Shown: positions 61,837 through 64,000 of the stretch, one piece after another | How the letters are laid out: each line of letters begins with the position of its first letter | Position numbering within the stretch: position 1 is the first letter of the stretch | Source: Amphiscolops sp. MND2022 | Lineage: Eukaryota | Length of the DNA: 64,000 bases | Assembly (NCBI GenBank): GCA_964187785.1 | Contig: OZ076414.1 | Span: forward strand, 4,402,001-4,466,000 | Reading direction: 5' to 3' | Translations under genes and position numbers: made by a program | Notes under the pieces: generated by a model | Seen by the model: only the letters and a program-made list of their open reading frames with translations | What the model was told of the DNA's origin: nothing | Databases searched by the model: none

Positions 61837-62449
61837 AAACCTGGCGCAAACATTCGTTTTAAAAAACAAATTGAGACTTTCTTAAATCGTAACTATAGTA
61901 GAACAAAATATTGTATCAAACAGAAAAGCGGTAATTAATGTCCATTTTTATCCTGTCAACACACAAATAAATGATGTGCTTGAAACAATTCCCTGTATAT
62001 CAGTGAAAAACATCTATTAGGATTCACACAACCAAAAAAGGGCGTAAATTTTACGCCATTCACATTCATCCAGAGTCGAATTAGACTTGGCGTCAATCGG
62101 GGAATTGGATTGGGGAAACCATCTAACACAACCGGAAGTGATCTATCTGTTGTCGCAATCAAAATCGTTTTTCTGTCACGAAACGACGCCTCAAGCTTAT
62201 CATTGGGAGCATGAAGAAGTTCTAAGCGCTGAGGTTTTCAACCACGGAACGGTCTCCAATTTACCCATTTTACCAGTGGTTCAATTTTACATCCAGACTT
62301 GTAATATTTCTTAGAGGGACTCAGTTCGCTTTGGATGTCTCTCGGTTGATCCTAGTCTTTGAATGCTAACGATAACAACTGTCGTACGATTGCGTTTCGA
62401 TAGTTTCCAAAACTGGTAGTCAGAATATAATGAGGTAAATTGAAAGTGT

Positions 62450-64000
62450 GTGAAGTGTGTCAGGCGTTCTATAGACTGCTTTCAAGATCAGATTAGCTTC
62501 TTGAGTCTACGAAGATTTCAAACTTTGGGATTCAAACTTAAATCGTAAAACCAATAACCACAACACAAGTACTTTACCTAGTGCGAGCGACCATCATCTC
62601 TCGTTCTTTTTCATCCCTTCATCCTTCCTTCTAGGTACCTTATGCAACCTTTTGTGTACTAATCACACACAACTTGACTCGACAATTCATTGATACAGCA
62701 CTTTCTGTACTAATCACAGAAGTGATTCAGCATCTCTGCTGGAACAACATTCTTCTGTTTTAACCATCTTTCAAAAGTGGTTCGACCTTGTAGTCGGTGC
62801 AAATGTAATCCCCTCTGTACTCATCAATTTTGATTCGATTTTCCTTTAGTCGGTACAAATTCAATTCCTCTCTACTAATCAGTTTTGATTCGATTTTCCT
62901 TTAGTCGGTACAAATTCAATTCCTCTGTACTAATCAGTTTTGATGAGACCTTTGTCGGTACACCTTTTAGACACTCAATCTTTAACCGAAGCTCCAGGTA
63001 AACCTCCTTTTTGCAATACTTTTCACTTTTCCTCCTAATTCCGCGAAAACACTACTGGTAAATATTTATCATACCAATGTTTACATTCCAATTGCTGAAG
63101 TTTTCACTACCTTCCTCAAAAGACTCTCTGATAAAAACAACCTATTACCTCAACATGCCTTTACACCATCTGCTATACAAGCACTCCTGTTAAAAAAACA
63201 TTTTTGACAATTAGAATATCGGACAACTCCGAAATTTTGAAAAAAAATCCTCACCCATGGCTTCATATCGAAATTCCTCGTCAAACTCTTTATTCTTATC
63301 AGAATCCCTCACCTTCTCTTTCAGTATTGCACAATCTTTCTTCCATGCTTCCGCCTCCTTTCGATAATTCCAATACATCTTCATAACATCGTTATGCGTC
63401 CCAGCTTTTCATATTTACCCTCGACCTTCCTTTCCTCCTCCTCTACCAGCTTCCGCCTCCTACCTCTACCTACTCAATCTTTCCTGATCTTTGACAACAT
63501 TCCTAAAATAATTTTCTAAGGACTTCTTCTGTTTCTTTCGCTGCTCTCTCCAATCCCAAATAACTTGTTGATGGCTTGGATCACATTTATCCACCTGAAA
63601 AGTTTTTACCCCGCATTAGCATCACTGTCACTCTCCAACTTGACCTCAACCTCTCCATTTACAATCATTATTATCATAGCACTCAAGGCGTATGTCAACT
63701 CTTTAATGTTTCCTCACTGGAACTGCCTCGAATTGGGTTGATCGTTTATCCTAAGTTTTTGAAAACGAAAGTTCCTTTTTCCTACACATTTTCAAACAAC
63801 AATTTCATTCTCAAAAACACGCATACCATTCTCAACTCGAAGCGCTTTCCCTTGATCAAAATTTTTACAAAAATGTCTGTGATTATGCCCAGAAATTGGA
63901 ACACTTTCTAAATAAGTTTGGTACAACGAATACCAATCTACTGTAACCATCAGATGTCGTGAAATCTTTAATTGTGGTCTTCCATAGAAAGCAAAACATT
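62450..64000 (+). mobile_element. 5' part of another Gypsy element related to the old minus-strand family
   Basis: Same 5' UTR repeat motifs (near-exact 55-bp tandem at 62828-62937); gag remnant LDHIYPPEKFL and SLTGTASNWVDRLS...FKQQF matching 45700-46050. Confidence 0.75.

Noticed and set aside
61956-62420. Short ORFs on both strands between the BEL LTR and the last Gypsy element
   Set aside because: No motifs and in-frame stops; cannot be assigned.

Overview
Eukaryotic (animal-like), transposon-dense window with one assembly gap (6367-6890); the organism cannot be assigned from sequence alone. From left to right: (1) a small spliced minus-strand gene for a secreted prepropeptide with a six-cysteine mature peptide, whose intron holds a complete Mutator (MULE) element with a 9-bp TSD. 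(2) An old, decayed, very large minus-strand Ty3/Gypsy element (about 7958-48833) with an internal ~7-kb tandem duplication of pol and an env remnant resembling class III (chuvirus-G/herpes-gB type) fusion glycoproteins. (3) Nested in it, a young 15.7-kb plus-strand Gypsy element (9373-25105; 2075-bp LTRs about 99% identical, ACTAC TSD). Its Gag ORF starts inside the LTR, and it carries an antisense five-exon gene that looks like a catalytically dead hAT transposase derivative, plus an extra sense ORF running into the 3' LTR. (4) A decayed minus-strand BEL/Pao element, a 5'-truncated RTE-like LINE, an integrase-deleted plus-strand BEL/Pao element, and the 5' start of another Gypsy element related to the old one. 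All family assignments come from motif recognition by eye, not database searches.
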